This document shows, one piece after another, positions 14,501 to 26,999 of a DNA stretch of 64,000 nt. A program made the position numbers and the translations under genes. The stretch lies in assembly GCF_009914755.1 (NCBI RefSeq), contig NC_060948.1. One strand, 5' to 3'. The notes beneath the pieces were generated by a model. That model saw only the letters and a list, made by a program, of their open reading frames with translations, had not been told where the DNA came from and did not search any database. Every line of letters begins with the position of its first letter. Position 1 is the stretch's first letter. This DNA is from the human T2T-CHM13v2.0 reference genome, Homo sapiens.

Positions 14501-16211
14501 AACATTTTTTCCACATTTCAACTTTGGTGAATCTGACAATTATGTGTCTTGGAGTTTCTCTTCTCGAGGAGTATCTTTCTGGCATTCTCTGTATTTCCTG
14601 AATGTGAATGTTGGCCTGCGTTCCTAGATTGGGGAAGTTCTCCTCGATAATATACACAGTGTGTGTTTCAACTTGGTTCTATTCTCCCCATCACTTTCAG
14701 ATACACCAATCAGACGTAGATTTGGTCTTTTCACATAGTTCTATATTTCTTGGAGGTTTGCTCATTTCTTTTTATTCTTTTTTCTCTAAACTTCTCTTTT
14801 CACTTCATTTCATGCCTTTCATCTTCCATCACTGATACCGTTTCTTCCAGTTGATTGAATCATCTACTGAGGCTTGGGCATTCATCACGTGGTTCTCGTG
14901 CCATGGTTTTCAGCTCCATCAGGTCCTTTAAGGACTTCTCTGCATTGGTTATTCTACTTAGCCATTCATCTAATTTTTTTTCAAGCTTTTTAACTTCTTT
15001 GCCATGGGTTCAAAGTTTCTCCTTTAGCTTGAAGTCATTTGATCATCTGAAGCCTTCTTCTCTCAACTCATCAAAGTCATTCTCCGTCTGGATTTGTCCC
15101 ATTGCTGGTGAGGAGATGCATTCCTTTGGAGGAAGAGAGGCATTCTCATTTTTAGAGTTTCCATTGTTTCTGCTCTGTTTTTTCCCCATCTTTGTGGTTT
15201 TATCTACCTTTGGTCTTTGATGATTTTGATGTACAGATGGATTTTTTGCATGGATGTCCTTTCTGTTTCTTAGTTTTCCTTCTAACAGTCAGGACCCTCA
15301 GCTGCAGGTCTGTTGGAGTTTGCTGAAGGTCCACTCCTCACCCTGTTTGCCTGGGTATCAGCAGCAGTGGCTGCAGAACAGCGGATATTGGTGAACCACA
15401 AATGCTGCTGCTTGATCATTCCTCTGGAAGTTTTGTCTCACAGGAGTACCCAGCCATGTTAGGTTTCAGTCCGCCCTTACTGGGTGTGCCTCCCAATTGG
15501 GCTACTCGGGGTTCAGGGACCCAGTTGAGGAGGCAGTCTGCCCGTTCTCAGATCTCCAGCTGCAGCTGGGAGAATCACTACTCTCTTCAAAGCTGTCAGA
15601 CAAGGACATTTAAGTCTGCAGAGATTTCTGCTGCCTTTTGTTTGGCTATGTCCTACCCCCAGAGGTAGAGTCTACAGAGGCAGGCAGCCCTCCTTGACCT
15701 GAATTGGGCTCCACCGAGTTCGAGCTTCCCAGATGCTTTACCTACTCAAGCCTCAGCAATGGCAGGGGACCCTTCCCCAGCCTTGCTGCCACGTTGCAGT
15801 TTGATCTCAGACTGCTGTGCTAGCAATGAGTGAGGTTCTGTGGGCCTAGGACCCTCCAATCCAGGCATGAGATATAATCTCCTGGAGTGACTTTTGCTAA
15901 GACAATTGGAAAAGTGTAGTATTAGGATGGGAATGACCCAATTTTCCAGGTGCCATCTGTCACCACTTTCTTTGACTGGGAAAAGGAATTCCCTGACCCC
16001 TTGTGCTTCCCAGGTGAGGTGATGTCTCACCCTGCTTCTGCTCATGCTCGGTGCACTGCACCCACTGTGCTGCACCCTCGGTCTGACACTCTCCAGTGAG
16101 ATGAACCCGGTACCTCATTGGGAAATGCAGAAATCACCCATCTTCTGTGTTGCTCATTCTGGGAGCTGTAGACTGGAGTTGCTGCTATCAGCCATCTTGG
16201 CTCCAACCTCC
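11578..16211 (-). mobile_element. L1PA with complete 5' end, 3'-truncated within ORF2
   Basis: 5' terminus ggaggttggagccaagatggc (minus, 16211); ORF1; ORF2 EN (13167-14038: NIYAPNTGAPRFIK) and RT (LFADD, 11861-12112); ends at ...[11 protein letters not shown] with no 3'UTR or poly-A. Confidence 0.95.
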
Positions 16212-18069
16212 GTTTTGCTTGTTTCTTTGTTTATGCAATCAATGTTAAATTGTCCACAGTCTAAAATAATGTATTATGTTATTTTCAAGCCTCATGATAA
16301 TTTCAAATCAAAGAGTGTACCACAGATGTACAAAAAGTAAAAAGCAAGAAATTAGATTATAATTCAAGATAAATCACCTTCACTAAAAGGAAGACAGGAA
16401 GAAAGGGAAGAAGGAAGAGAGGACAAAAATCAATGAGAAAAAAATAAAAAAATGGCAGGAGTAAGTTCTTATCACTGATAACATTGAATTTAAATGAACT
16501 AAATACACCAGTCAAAAGAAAAATAGTGGATGAATAGATAGAGAAGCAGGACAATAATCTGTGACCTACCAAAAAAAAACACACTTTATCTATAAAGATA
16601 CATTTAGACTGAAAATAGAAGGATGAAAAAAGTTATTCCATGCCAATAGAGACCAAAAAGAGCAGAACTAGCCATACTTATACCAGACAAAAATAGATTT
16701 CAACAAAAGACTGTAGGAAGAAATTAAAAGGTCATTATATAATAATAAAGAGATCAATTCATCAAGAGGATATAATAATTGAAAATATATATGCACCCAA
16801 CACTAAAGCACTTAGATAAATGAAGCAAATATTATAAGAGCTAAAGAAAGAGACCTCAATACAATATTGGCAGGACAATTCAACACCCCACTTTAGTCAT
16901 TGGACAGACTTTCCAGACAGAAAATAAACAAAGAAACATCAGACTTAATCTGTACTATAGAACAAATGAACCTAATAGATATTTACAGAAAATTTCATCC
17001 AACAGCTGCATAATACACATTCTTCTCCTCTGCACATGGGTTATTTTCAAGGATAGACCATATGTTATGTAACAAGTATAAAAACATTCCAAAAAATTGA
17101 AGTAATATGAAGCATTTTCTTTGACTACAGGGGATAAAACTAGAAATAATTTAAAAAGGAATTTAAGAAACTATACAAACACATAGACATTAAACAATAT
17201 GCTCCTGAATGATTAGTAGGCCGATAAAAAAGTTAAAAAGAAAATAGAAAAATTTCTTGAAACAAATGATAATGGAAACATAGCATAGAAAAAGCTATGG
17301 AATATAGTAAAAGAGGTACTATTATAAAAGGAAAATTTATAACTGTGTCTACATAAAAAACAGAAAATCTTCAAATACATAACCTAACAATACATTTTAA
17401 TTAACTAGAATAAAAAGACCAAACCTAACCCAAAATTAGAAGAAAAGAAATAATAAAGATTAGAGCAGAAGTAGATAAATTTAAAATGACGAAAATAATG
17501 TAAAGAATTAATGAAAGAAAAAGTTGATTTTTTGAAAAGTAAAACAATTGACAAATATTTAAACAGGCTAACTGAAAAACAAAAAAGATACAGATTAGTA
17601 AATCAGAGGTGAAAAAGGAGACATTACAAGTAACGCTTCAGAAAAGCAAAGTTTCATTAATGAATACTCTCAGCAATTTTATGCCAACAAATTAGAAAAC
17701 CTAGAGGAAATTAATTCTTAGACAAACACAACTTACCAAGATTGAACTAGGAAAAAATCTAAAACCTGAACAGATCAATAACAATTAACAAAATTAATGC
17801 CTTAATAAAAGAGTCTGTAGGACCAGACTGAAAACTAGAGAAGGAAAGAACACTTCCAAACTCATTCTTTGAGGCTAGTATTACCCTGATATCAAAACCA
17901 GACAAAGACATATTTAAAAAAGCGAACTACAGGCCCATATCTGAGAATATTGGTGCAAAAATTTGCAAAACACCTAGCAAACTGAATTAAACAATACATA
18001 AATAAGTAATTCATAATGACCAAGTGGGATTTATCCCAGGGATGCAAGGATGGTTCAACATGCAACTCA

Positions 18070-18415
<346 letters not shown>

Positions 18416-18796
18416 ACAAGGACAAAATCCATATAATCATTTCAATTATGCTAACAATTTTTGATAAAATTTAATATTCTTTAATAACAAAACACTTTGA
18501 AAACTGGGTATGGAATGAACATAACCTCAACATAATAAAAGTCATATATGACAGACCCACAGCTAGCATCACACTAAGTGGGGAAAAACTAAAAGCCTTT
18601 ACTCTAAAATCTGGAAGATGACAAGAATGTCCACTTTTACCACTGTTATTCAACATAATGCTGAAAGTCCTATCTGGAGCAATCAGACAGGAAGGAGAAA
18701 GCAATAAAATGCATCCCAGTTGGAAAAGAAGTCAAATTACCTTTTTTTTTTTGCCAATGATAAAATCTTATATTGGAAAAAGCATAAATACTCCTC

Positions 18797-21238
18797 TGAT
18801 AGGGTTTGAATGTGTGTCCCCTCCCCAAATCTCATATTTAAATGTAATTCTGAATGATGGAGATGGGCCTGGTGGAAGGTGATTTAACCATTGGGATGGA
18901 TTACTCATAAATGGCTTAGCACCATCCCATTTGGTGCTATCCTCATGATAGTGAGTGAGTTCCCATAAGAACTGCTTAGTTAAAACTGTGTAACAACTCT
19001 CCCCTCTGTTTTTTGCTCCTGCTTTTTGCCCTGTGATGTGCAAGATTCTGCTTCAACTTCTGCCATGACTGCAAAATTCCAGAGACTTCCCCAGAAACAT
19101 ATTCCAGTACTATGTCTTCTCCTCAGCCTGTAGAATCATAAGCCACTTAAACCTACTATGTAAAAAATAAATTATCTAGTCCCACTCTCATAGTGATGGA
19201 AAAATAGCTTAATACAGAAAATTGGCACCAAGGAATGGAAAATGGTTATAAGAATAACCCAAAATGTGGAATCAGCTTCGTAATTGGGTAAACAGATAGA
19301 AGTTGGAAGAGTTTGTAGGATTCAGAAGACAGAAAAATGATGGAAAGTTGAGATTTTCTTAGAGACTGGTTGAATGTCTGTGACCAAAATGTGGATAGTG
19401 GTCTGGACAGTGAATGCCGGGCTGAGGTCTCAGATGAAAACTAGAAACTTATTGGGACAGAAACAAAAGTCATGCATGTTGTCTTAGCAAAGTGGTTGGC
19501 CGAATTTCTGTCATGCCCTAGGGATATAGAAAAGTGTGAATTTGAAATTGATGATCTAGGGTTTCTGTTGGAAAAATATCTAAGCAGCAAAGCATTTGTG
19601 ATGTGGCCTGGCTGCTTCTAACAACCTATGTTCACATGTTCCAGCAAAAAAAATAAAAATAAAATAAGTAGTAACTTATACTTACAAAAGAAGCATAGTG
19701 TAAATGCTTGAAAACTTTGCAGCCTAGTCATGTGGCTGAACTCGAAAAAGCTTTTATAAGAGGAACTCAAGCAGGACATGGGTCAATCACTTGTTAGAGA
19801 TATTTGTATAACCTAAAAAAAAAGCAAGTCTTGATAGCCAAGACAATGGGAAAGAGGAATTGAAGGCATTTTAGAAATCTAAAAAGCAGCCCCCCATCAC
19901 AGGCCCTGAGGCCTGAAAGAAGAGAATAGTTTCTGGGATCAGGCCTAGGACCTGCTGCCTTGGGTAGCTTTGGAACAAGGCTCCCTACATCCTGGCCACT
20001 GCTTCAGGTCCAGGTGTAGCCCAAATTGACCCATTTAAACTCCAGTCACTGGTTCAGAAGGTGCAAGTCGTAACCTTGGTAGCTTCCATGTGGTGTTAGG
20101 CCTGTGGGTTTACAAAAGCAAGTAGTTGAGACTTGGGAGCCTCCACTATTATTTCAGAGGATGTATGAAAAAGCCAGGGTGTGAAGGCAGAAGCATGCTT
20201 CAGAGGTGGAGCCCTCATGGAGATCCTCTACTAAAACAATGGAGAAAAGAAATGTAGTGTGACAGTCCCCAGGGAGGCTCCCAACTAGGTCATGGCCTAG
20301 TAGATCTGTGAGGAGAGGATCACTGTCCTCCAGACTCCAGAATGGTAGATCTAGCTACAGCCTGCATCTTGCAGCTTGAAAAGCCAGAGGCACAGAATGC
20401 CAGCCCATGAGAGCAGCTGTGAGGGCTGAACCATGCAAAGTCACAAGGTAGAATCTTCCCAAGGCATTAGTGTTCCCTGGAAATGGGACAGAGAGTCAAA
20501 AATAAGTATTTTGGAGCCTTACAATTCAATAACTGCCCTTCTGGGTTTCAGACTTTCATGGGTCCTGTGGCCCCTTTCTTTTGGCTCATTTCTTCCTTTT
20601 AGAATAGGAGTGTTTACCCAATGCCTCTGTCTCATTTGTATCTTGGAAGAACTTAACTTGTTTTTTTATTTTACAGGCTTATAGGAGGAAGAAATTAGCT
20701 TTGTCTTAGATGAGACTTTTGACTTTTGAGTTAACGCTGAAATTAGTTAAGACATTGGGGATTATTGGGAAGTCATGATTGTATTTTGAAATATGAGAAG
20801 GATATGAGATTTGGAATGGCCAGGGGCAAAATGATACAGTTTGGATGTGTATTCCCACCAAAATCTTATATTGAAATATAATCCTCAATGTTGGAAGTGG
20901 GCCTAGAGTGGAGGTGATCGAATCATGAGGGCAAGATTTACATGAACAGTTTGGCATCACTTCCTTTGGTGCCATTCCCACAATAGTAAGTTTTCATGAG
21001 AGCTGGTTATCTACAAGTGTGTGTTGCACTTCCCCCCTGCCCTCACACTTACCATGTGATGTGCAAACCCCAGATTTATTTGTCACCTTGTCAGTTGTCA
21101 GAGGCTTCCCCAGAAGCAGAAGCCAGCACAATGCTTTCTGTACACCCTGTAGAACCATGAACTGATTAAACCTATTTTCTTTATAAATAAACCAGTCACT
21201 GATTACTTTTTATAGCAATATGAGAATGGCCTAATACA
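18797..21238 (+). mobile_element. Complete MSTA-type MaLR provirus (LTR 18797-19216, internal, LTR 20832-21238)
   Basis: Two LTRs (tgat...taataca), internal region starting gaaaattggcacca, near-perfect 5-bp TSD tcctc/tccac. Confidence 0.9.
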
Positions 21239-21585
21239 TCCACAAAAACTATTAGAAGTAATAACTTGAGTAAATTTGCAGAATACAAAATCAACATACA
21301 CAAATCAGTAGGATTTCTATATGTCAATACTCAACAAACTGAAAAAGAATTCAAAAATATAATACTATTTACAGTAGCCACAAATAAAACAAAATGTGTG
21401 GGAATTTACCAAATAAAAGTTCTCAACAATTAAAACTGTAAAACACTGATAAAAGAAATGAAAAAGGACCCAAAAATTGGAAAGATATTTTTATGTTCAC
21501 AGATTGGAAGAATCAGTATTTTTAAAACACCTCCATACAATCCATAGCAATCTATATATTTCATGCCATCTCTATCAAAATAACA

Positions 21586-21910
21586 GTCCAGGGACAGTGG
21601 CTCATGCCTGTAATCCCAGCACTTTGGGAGGCCAAATTTGGTGGATCATGAGGTCAGGAGTTCAAGACCAGCTTGGCCAACTTGGTGAAACCCATCTCTA
21701 CTAAAAATAGAAAAAAATTAGTCAGGCATGGTGGCGGGTACCTGTAATCCCAGCTACTCAGGAGGCTGAGGCAAAGCATCGCTTGAACCCAGGAGGTGGA
21801 GGTTGCGGTGTGCCGAGATCACATCACTACATCACTCCACTCCAGTCTAGGTGACAGAGCAAGACGCCATCTAAAAAAAAAAAAAAAAGAAGAAGAAGAA
21901 GAAGAAGAAG
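21586..21910 (+). mobile_element. Alu with A-rich and (GAA)n tail
   Basis: Alu dimer followed by poly-A and gaagaagaa... Confidence 0.95.
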
Positions 21911-22227
21911 ACATTCCTCACAGATATAGAAAAAAAAATTCTGAAATTTTTACGGAAACATCACAAAACACCATAATAGTCAAAGCTATGCTGAGTATAT
22001 AAAACAAAACTGGAGGAATTCCATTACTGGTTTTAAATTACACTACTAAGTTATAGTAATTAAAACAGCATGATACTAGCATTAAAACAGATGTAAAGAC
22101 AGATGGAATGAAGTACAGACCTTAGAAACAAACTCATACAGCTAAATTAATTTTCAACAAAAGTGCCAAGAACATACAATAAAAAATAAGACAGTTTTTG
22201 TAATAAATAGGGGAGGGAAAACTGGCA

Positions 22228-22480
22228 TTCTGTGTGAGGGACAAACATTCAGACCCTCATAGCAGTGTTCTGGAATCCTATGTGAGGGACAAACATTTGG
22301 ACCACAGCAGGAGTGTTCTGGAATCCCCTGTGAGGAATAAACATTCAGACCCTCGTAGCAGTGTTCTGGAATCCTATGTCACAAACATTTAGAACCCAGC
22401 AGCAGTGTTCTGGAATCCTATGCGAGGGACAAACATTCAGAACCTCGTAGCAGTGTTCTGGAATCCTATGGGAGGGACAC
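22228..22480 (+). repeat. CER-like 48-bp satellite, ~5.3 units
   Basis: Tandem unit ~gagggacaaacattcagaccctcgtagcagtgttctggaatcctatgt with alternating A/B variants; matches recalled CER consensus. Confidence 0.85.
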
Positions 22481-22900
22481 CTAAATTAATTTTCAACAAA
22501 AGTGCCAAGAACATACAATAAAAAATGAGACAGTTTTTGTAATAAATAGGGCTGGGAAAACTGGCAAACCATAGGCAGAAGAATAAAACTAGAACCTTAT
22601 TTCTTGCCACTTACAAAAATCAAATGAAAAGGAATTAAAGACTTAAACCTAACGCCTCAAACCATCAAACTTTTACAAGAAAACATTGGGAAAACTCTTT
22701 AGGGCATTGGTTTGGGCAAAAACTCCTTAAATAATGCCCCAGAAGGACAGACAACCAAAACAAACATGGACAAATGGGATTACAGGAAGTCAGAAAGCCT
22801 TTTTAATGTGAAGGAAACAAGAAACAAAGTGAAGAGAAAATCCACAGAATGGGAGAAAGTATTTGCAAATTATCCATCTGAAAAGCAATTAATAGCTACA

Positions 22901-23570
22901 TGATATGGTTAGGATTTGTGTCCCCACCTAAATCTCATATTGCATTTTAATCCCCATATGTTGAGGGAGAGACTTGGTAGAAGGTGATTGGATCATGGGG
23001 GTGGTTTCCCCCATGCTGTTCTTCTGATAATGAGTGATTTCTTATGAGATCTGATGGTTTTATAAGGGACTTTTCCCCCTTTGCTTCACATACATGCTCT
23101 CTGGCCTGCTGTCATTTAAGAGGTGACTACTTCCCCATGTGCCATTATTGTAAGTTTCCTGAGGCCTCCCCGGCCATGTGGAAATGTGAGTCGATTAAAC
23201 CCATTTCCTTTATAAATTACCCAGTCTTGCCAGGTGCCGTGGCTCATGCCTGTAATCTCACAACTTTTGGAGGCTGAGGCAGGTGGATCTCGAGGTCAGG
23301 AGTTCAAGATCAGCCTGGCCAAGATGGTGAAACCCCGTCTCTACTAAAAATACAATAATTAGCCAGGCATGGTGGCAGGTGCCTGTAATCCCAGCTACTC
23401 AGGAGGCTGAGGCAGAGAATTGCTTGAATCAGGAGGTGGACGTTGCAGTGAGCCGAGATTGCACCACTGCACTTCAGCCTGGGTAAAAGATCAAGACTTC
23501 ATCTTAGTAAATAAATACGTAACACAATCTCAGGTATTTTTTTATAGGAGTGCAGAAACAGACTAATACA
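22901..23570 (+). mobile_element. THE1D-like solo LTR containing an Alu
   Basis: tgatatggttagg...gactaataca; perfect 5-bp TSD ctaca (22896-22900 / 23571-23575). Confidence 0.9.
23229..23517 (+). mobile_element. Alu (AluS-type) inside THE1 LTR
   Basis: gccaggtgccgtggctcatgcctgtaatc... dimer. Confidence 0.95.
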
Positions 23571-24607
23571 CTACAATATATTGAGTTCAAAAAATTCCAT
23601 AGAAAAAAGTAATAACCCAAATAAAGTGTGGACAAAAAATTTAAATAGACATTTATGAAAAGAAGACATACAAATGTGAAACAGGCAAATGAAAAGGTGC
23701 TCCACATTACTGATCATCATAGAAATGCAGATCAAACCCAAAATGAGATATCATTTCACCCCAGTTAAGGTGGCTTTTATCCACAAGTCTGTGAAAAACA
23801 AATGCTGGTGAGTATGTGGAGTGAAGGGAATCCTTGTACACTGCTGTAGGGAGCACATTTAAGGACAGTTTGGATGTTACCGATATAACTAAAAATAGAG
23901 CTAGTATATGGTCCAGCAATCCCACTGCTCAGTATATGCCTACAAGAAATAAAATTGGTAAATCAAAGACCTATTGGCACTCTTATGTTTGCTACAGCAG
24001 GGTTTATAATAGCCAAGATTTGGAAGGAACCTACATGTCCATCAACAGATGACTGAATAGAGAAAGTGTGGTACATATGCACAATGGAGTACTATTCAGC
24101 TCTAAGAAAGAATGAGAGCCTGCCATTTGCATTAACATAAGTGGAACTGAAAGTATGTTAAGTGAAATGTGAGGCGGAGAAAGACAAATGTCACAAGTTC
24201 TCACTTATTTGTAGGTGCTAAAATTCAAAACAATTGGTGTCATAGGGATAGAGATTATAAGGATGGTTACGAGACTGGGAAGGGCAGGGAGGGAACAAGG
24301 GGATAGTGGGGATGCTAAATGGGTAAAAAACAATTGTTAGAAAGAAAGAATAAGACAGCATTTGATAGCACAACAGGGTGATTATAGTCAAAAATAATTT
24401 AATTCCACATTTAAAAAAACTAAAAGAGTATAATTGGATTGTTTATAACACAAGCTATAAATGCTTGAGGGAACAGATACCCCGTTTTTTATTATGTATT
24501 ACTCATTGCATGACTGCATCAAAGTATATCATGTACCCGCATAAACATATACACCAACTATGTACCCACAAAGATAAATTAAAAATTGAAATTGAAATTA
24601 AAATTAA

Positions 24608-24748
24608 AACCAAAGGGAGGAGAGTATAATGAGGCATGTGTGACCCATGGCTTGAACTAGCTTTTCAGGTTAATTTTGGAATGTCCCTATCCAAGAAGAG
24701 AGGTCCATTTAGTCAACAGGGGTTTAGAAATTTATTTTTAGTTTATAA
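24608..24748 (-). mobile_element. MER4-group ERV1 LTR 5' fragment
   Basis: Ends ggggtttagaaatttatttttagtttata, reverse complement of the tgtaaaccaaaaataaaattctaag-type LTR start. Confidence 0.55.
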
Positions 24749-25070
24749 ATGGAAAAAAGAAGGATTTTTAATACCGAGTCATAGTTCTCAGTCAATCAAT
24801 CCCTGCAGGGAACCCTGTTCTTTACTCTGGAGATAAACACTCGTTTTCTTTTCCATGAAATAACACCACATTTCAAAATGAAGGGAAACGTCTTGAAACT
24901 AAGAGGTACAGCCTTATTAAATTTGATTTGGTGTCCATTGTAATTAATTTAATCACATGTGTTCTATAGTTTGTCCTCAGTCTTCCCCTAGTTTAGGCCC
25001 ATGATCTGTTAAATTTGCTCAGCTCCCTGCTCAACAGCAGGAAATCAGAATTATTTAAAAACCTCATTGT

Positions 25071-25410
25071 GGCTAGGAGTGGTGGCTCATGCCTGTAATC
25101 CCAGCAATTTGGGAGGCCAAGGTGGACAAATCGCTTGTTGTCAGGGGTTTGAGACCAGCCTGGCCAACAGAGTGAATCCCCATCTCTACTAAGGATACAA
25201 ATATTAGCTGGGTGTGGTGATTCATGTCTGTAATCCCAGCTACTTGGGAGACTGAGGCAGGAGAATTGCTTGAACCCGGGAGGTGCAGGTTTCAGTGAAC
25301 CAAGATGGTGCACTGCACTCCAGCCTGGGCAACAGAGCAAGACTCTGTCTCAAAATAATAATAATAATAATTAATAATAATAATAATAATAAAATAAGTA
25401 AAAATAAAAA
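25071..25410 (+). mobile_element. Alu with (AAT)n tail
   Basis: Alu dimer; TSD aaaaacctcattgtg / aaaaatctcattgtg. Confidence 0.95.
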
Positions 25411-26999
25411 TCTCATTGTGTTTCAAACCAAATTTCTTTTCAATACCAACTGTACCAACTTGCATATTAACTACAATCATTTTGTTTACTTTATATCCAA
25501 TCTTGAGAAATCTTTGAGGACTAATTTCACTCTTTTCTGCCATTTTGCTAAACGTACCAAATGCCATCAAACAAAACGCACAAAATTCCTGAGAAATACA
25601 TTTTCTCCCTGAGGAGTAGACTTGCTGTGTTAGAGGAACTCATGGTTACTTAGCTTCTAGTTTAATAAACATGACTAGAATATTCTATCTTAATATGAGT
25701 AGCTAGGTACTCATAAGACATCCAGAAGGTTAATGTTCATGGTCTGAAAATAGTCACAATTGTTAACTGGCCACAAATTACAATTGCAGAATATTTGTGG
25801 TCATACAAGACATCTTCCACCAAGCCTGAAAAATGTATAAATGTCCTAGGAGTGCAGCATTTTTTTGTAAGGATATTATTAATGAGCTAGCTTAGGTCAA
25901 TGGGTTAATGGTTATTGTTAAAACCACTAGTCCAGACTTTAGTGACTACATCTGCACCTTCCAAGTTTAATTATAACTCTTTCTGTTTATAGTTACTTAT
26001 AAGTAGAGACACTAACAAAAGACAATGCGTTCCTGCTCTTGTTTTCTGAGGAAGTCCAACTCTGTAATGGAGTAATTTCTAATAAATTTGCTTCTTTCAC
26101 TGTGCTCTCTGACTCACCTCAAATTTTTTCCTGCAGAAGACCTAAGAATACTACTTTGTGGTCTATATCAGGACCCTCTTTTCCAGTGATATCTTTCAAC
26201 AACACCATGAACGGACACAATCCACACGGAATCAATCAGCTGACACCTGGCAAGTGGTCTGTTTTTTAGAGTTGTGAAGCCATTCTGGTGGGCAAGAATG
26301 ATTATCCACTATTATCATACTCAGATTAGAGGCCAAGCCCACAGGGTTAGAGGCCCTGGGGAATATTGAGAAGAATGGATTTGGCTAAACAAGATGTTTG
26401 CCACTTTCTCTTTTTGGACTGTCCACCTTGTGCTCTCTGTCCCTCACCTGAGTGCTCTACATCTTGTCACCTTTCTGCTCACCGCCTCTGCTTTGTAGTA
26501 GCCTGGAGGCTGCCCCAGGACAGAGGCCCCAAATAGTTTAGCTTTTACTTTCCTCAGCTATCCTCTGACTCTTAACTGACTGCTAGTTTAATTTGCCACT
26601 GGTCCAAGTGACACTGAAAAAAAGAATTGTCTTGGAACCCAGTATTTTTGTACCTTAATTATTCGAAAAGATCAGCAGTAACCTCACCATCATTATGACT
26701 AGAAATTGAAATATGGTATTTAAGAGCTCTACATGATAAGATCAGATATGCCTGTTTAGTGACAGCCTCTTATATGACAACCCTCTGCAAACAATTACCC
26801 TCTAGATGGAGAACATGAGACTTTTTCTTAACAGTTTTCTCTCATTTCTTAGCCATAATGCCATCTTTGATGAGCTGGTTTAGGGCAGCTGGACCCTACT
26901 TTCTAAACCCAGCATATCACTTTTTTCCTGAGTTTTGTCAGTTTTGTCATAGCAGTGTGAAAATGGAGTAATACATTACAATATACAAATTACAGCCTT

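Noticed and set aside
22228-22480. CRISPR-like appearance of recurring cagtgttctggaatcc
   Set aside because: The intervening parts are homologous to each other (tandem satellite), the context is primate DNA, and there are no cas genes
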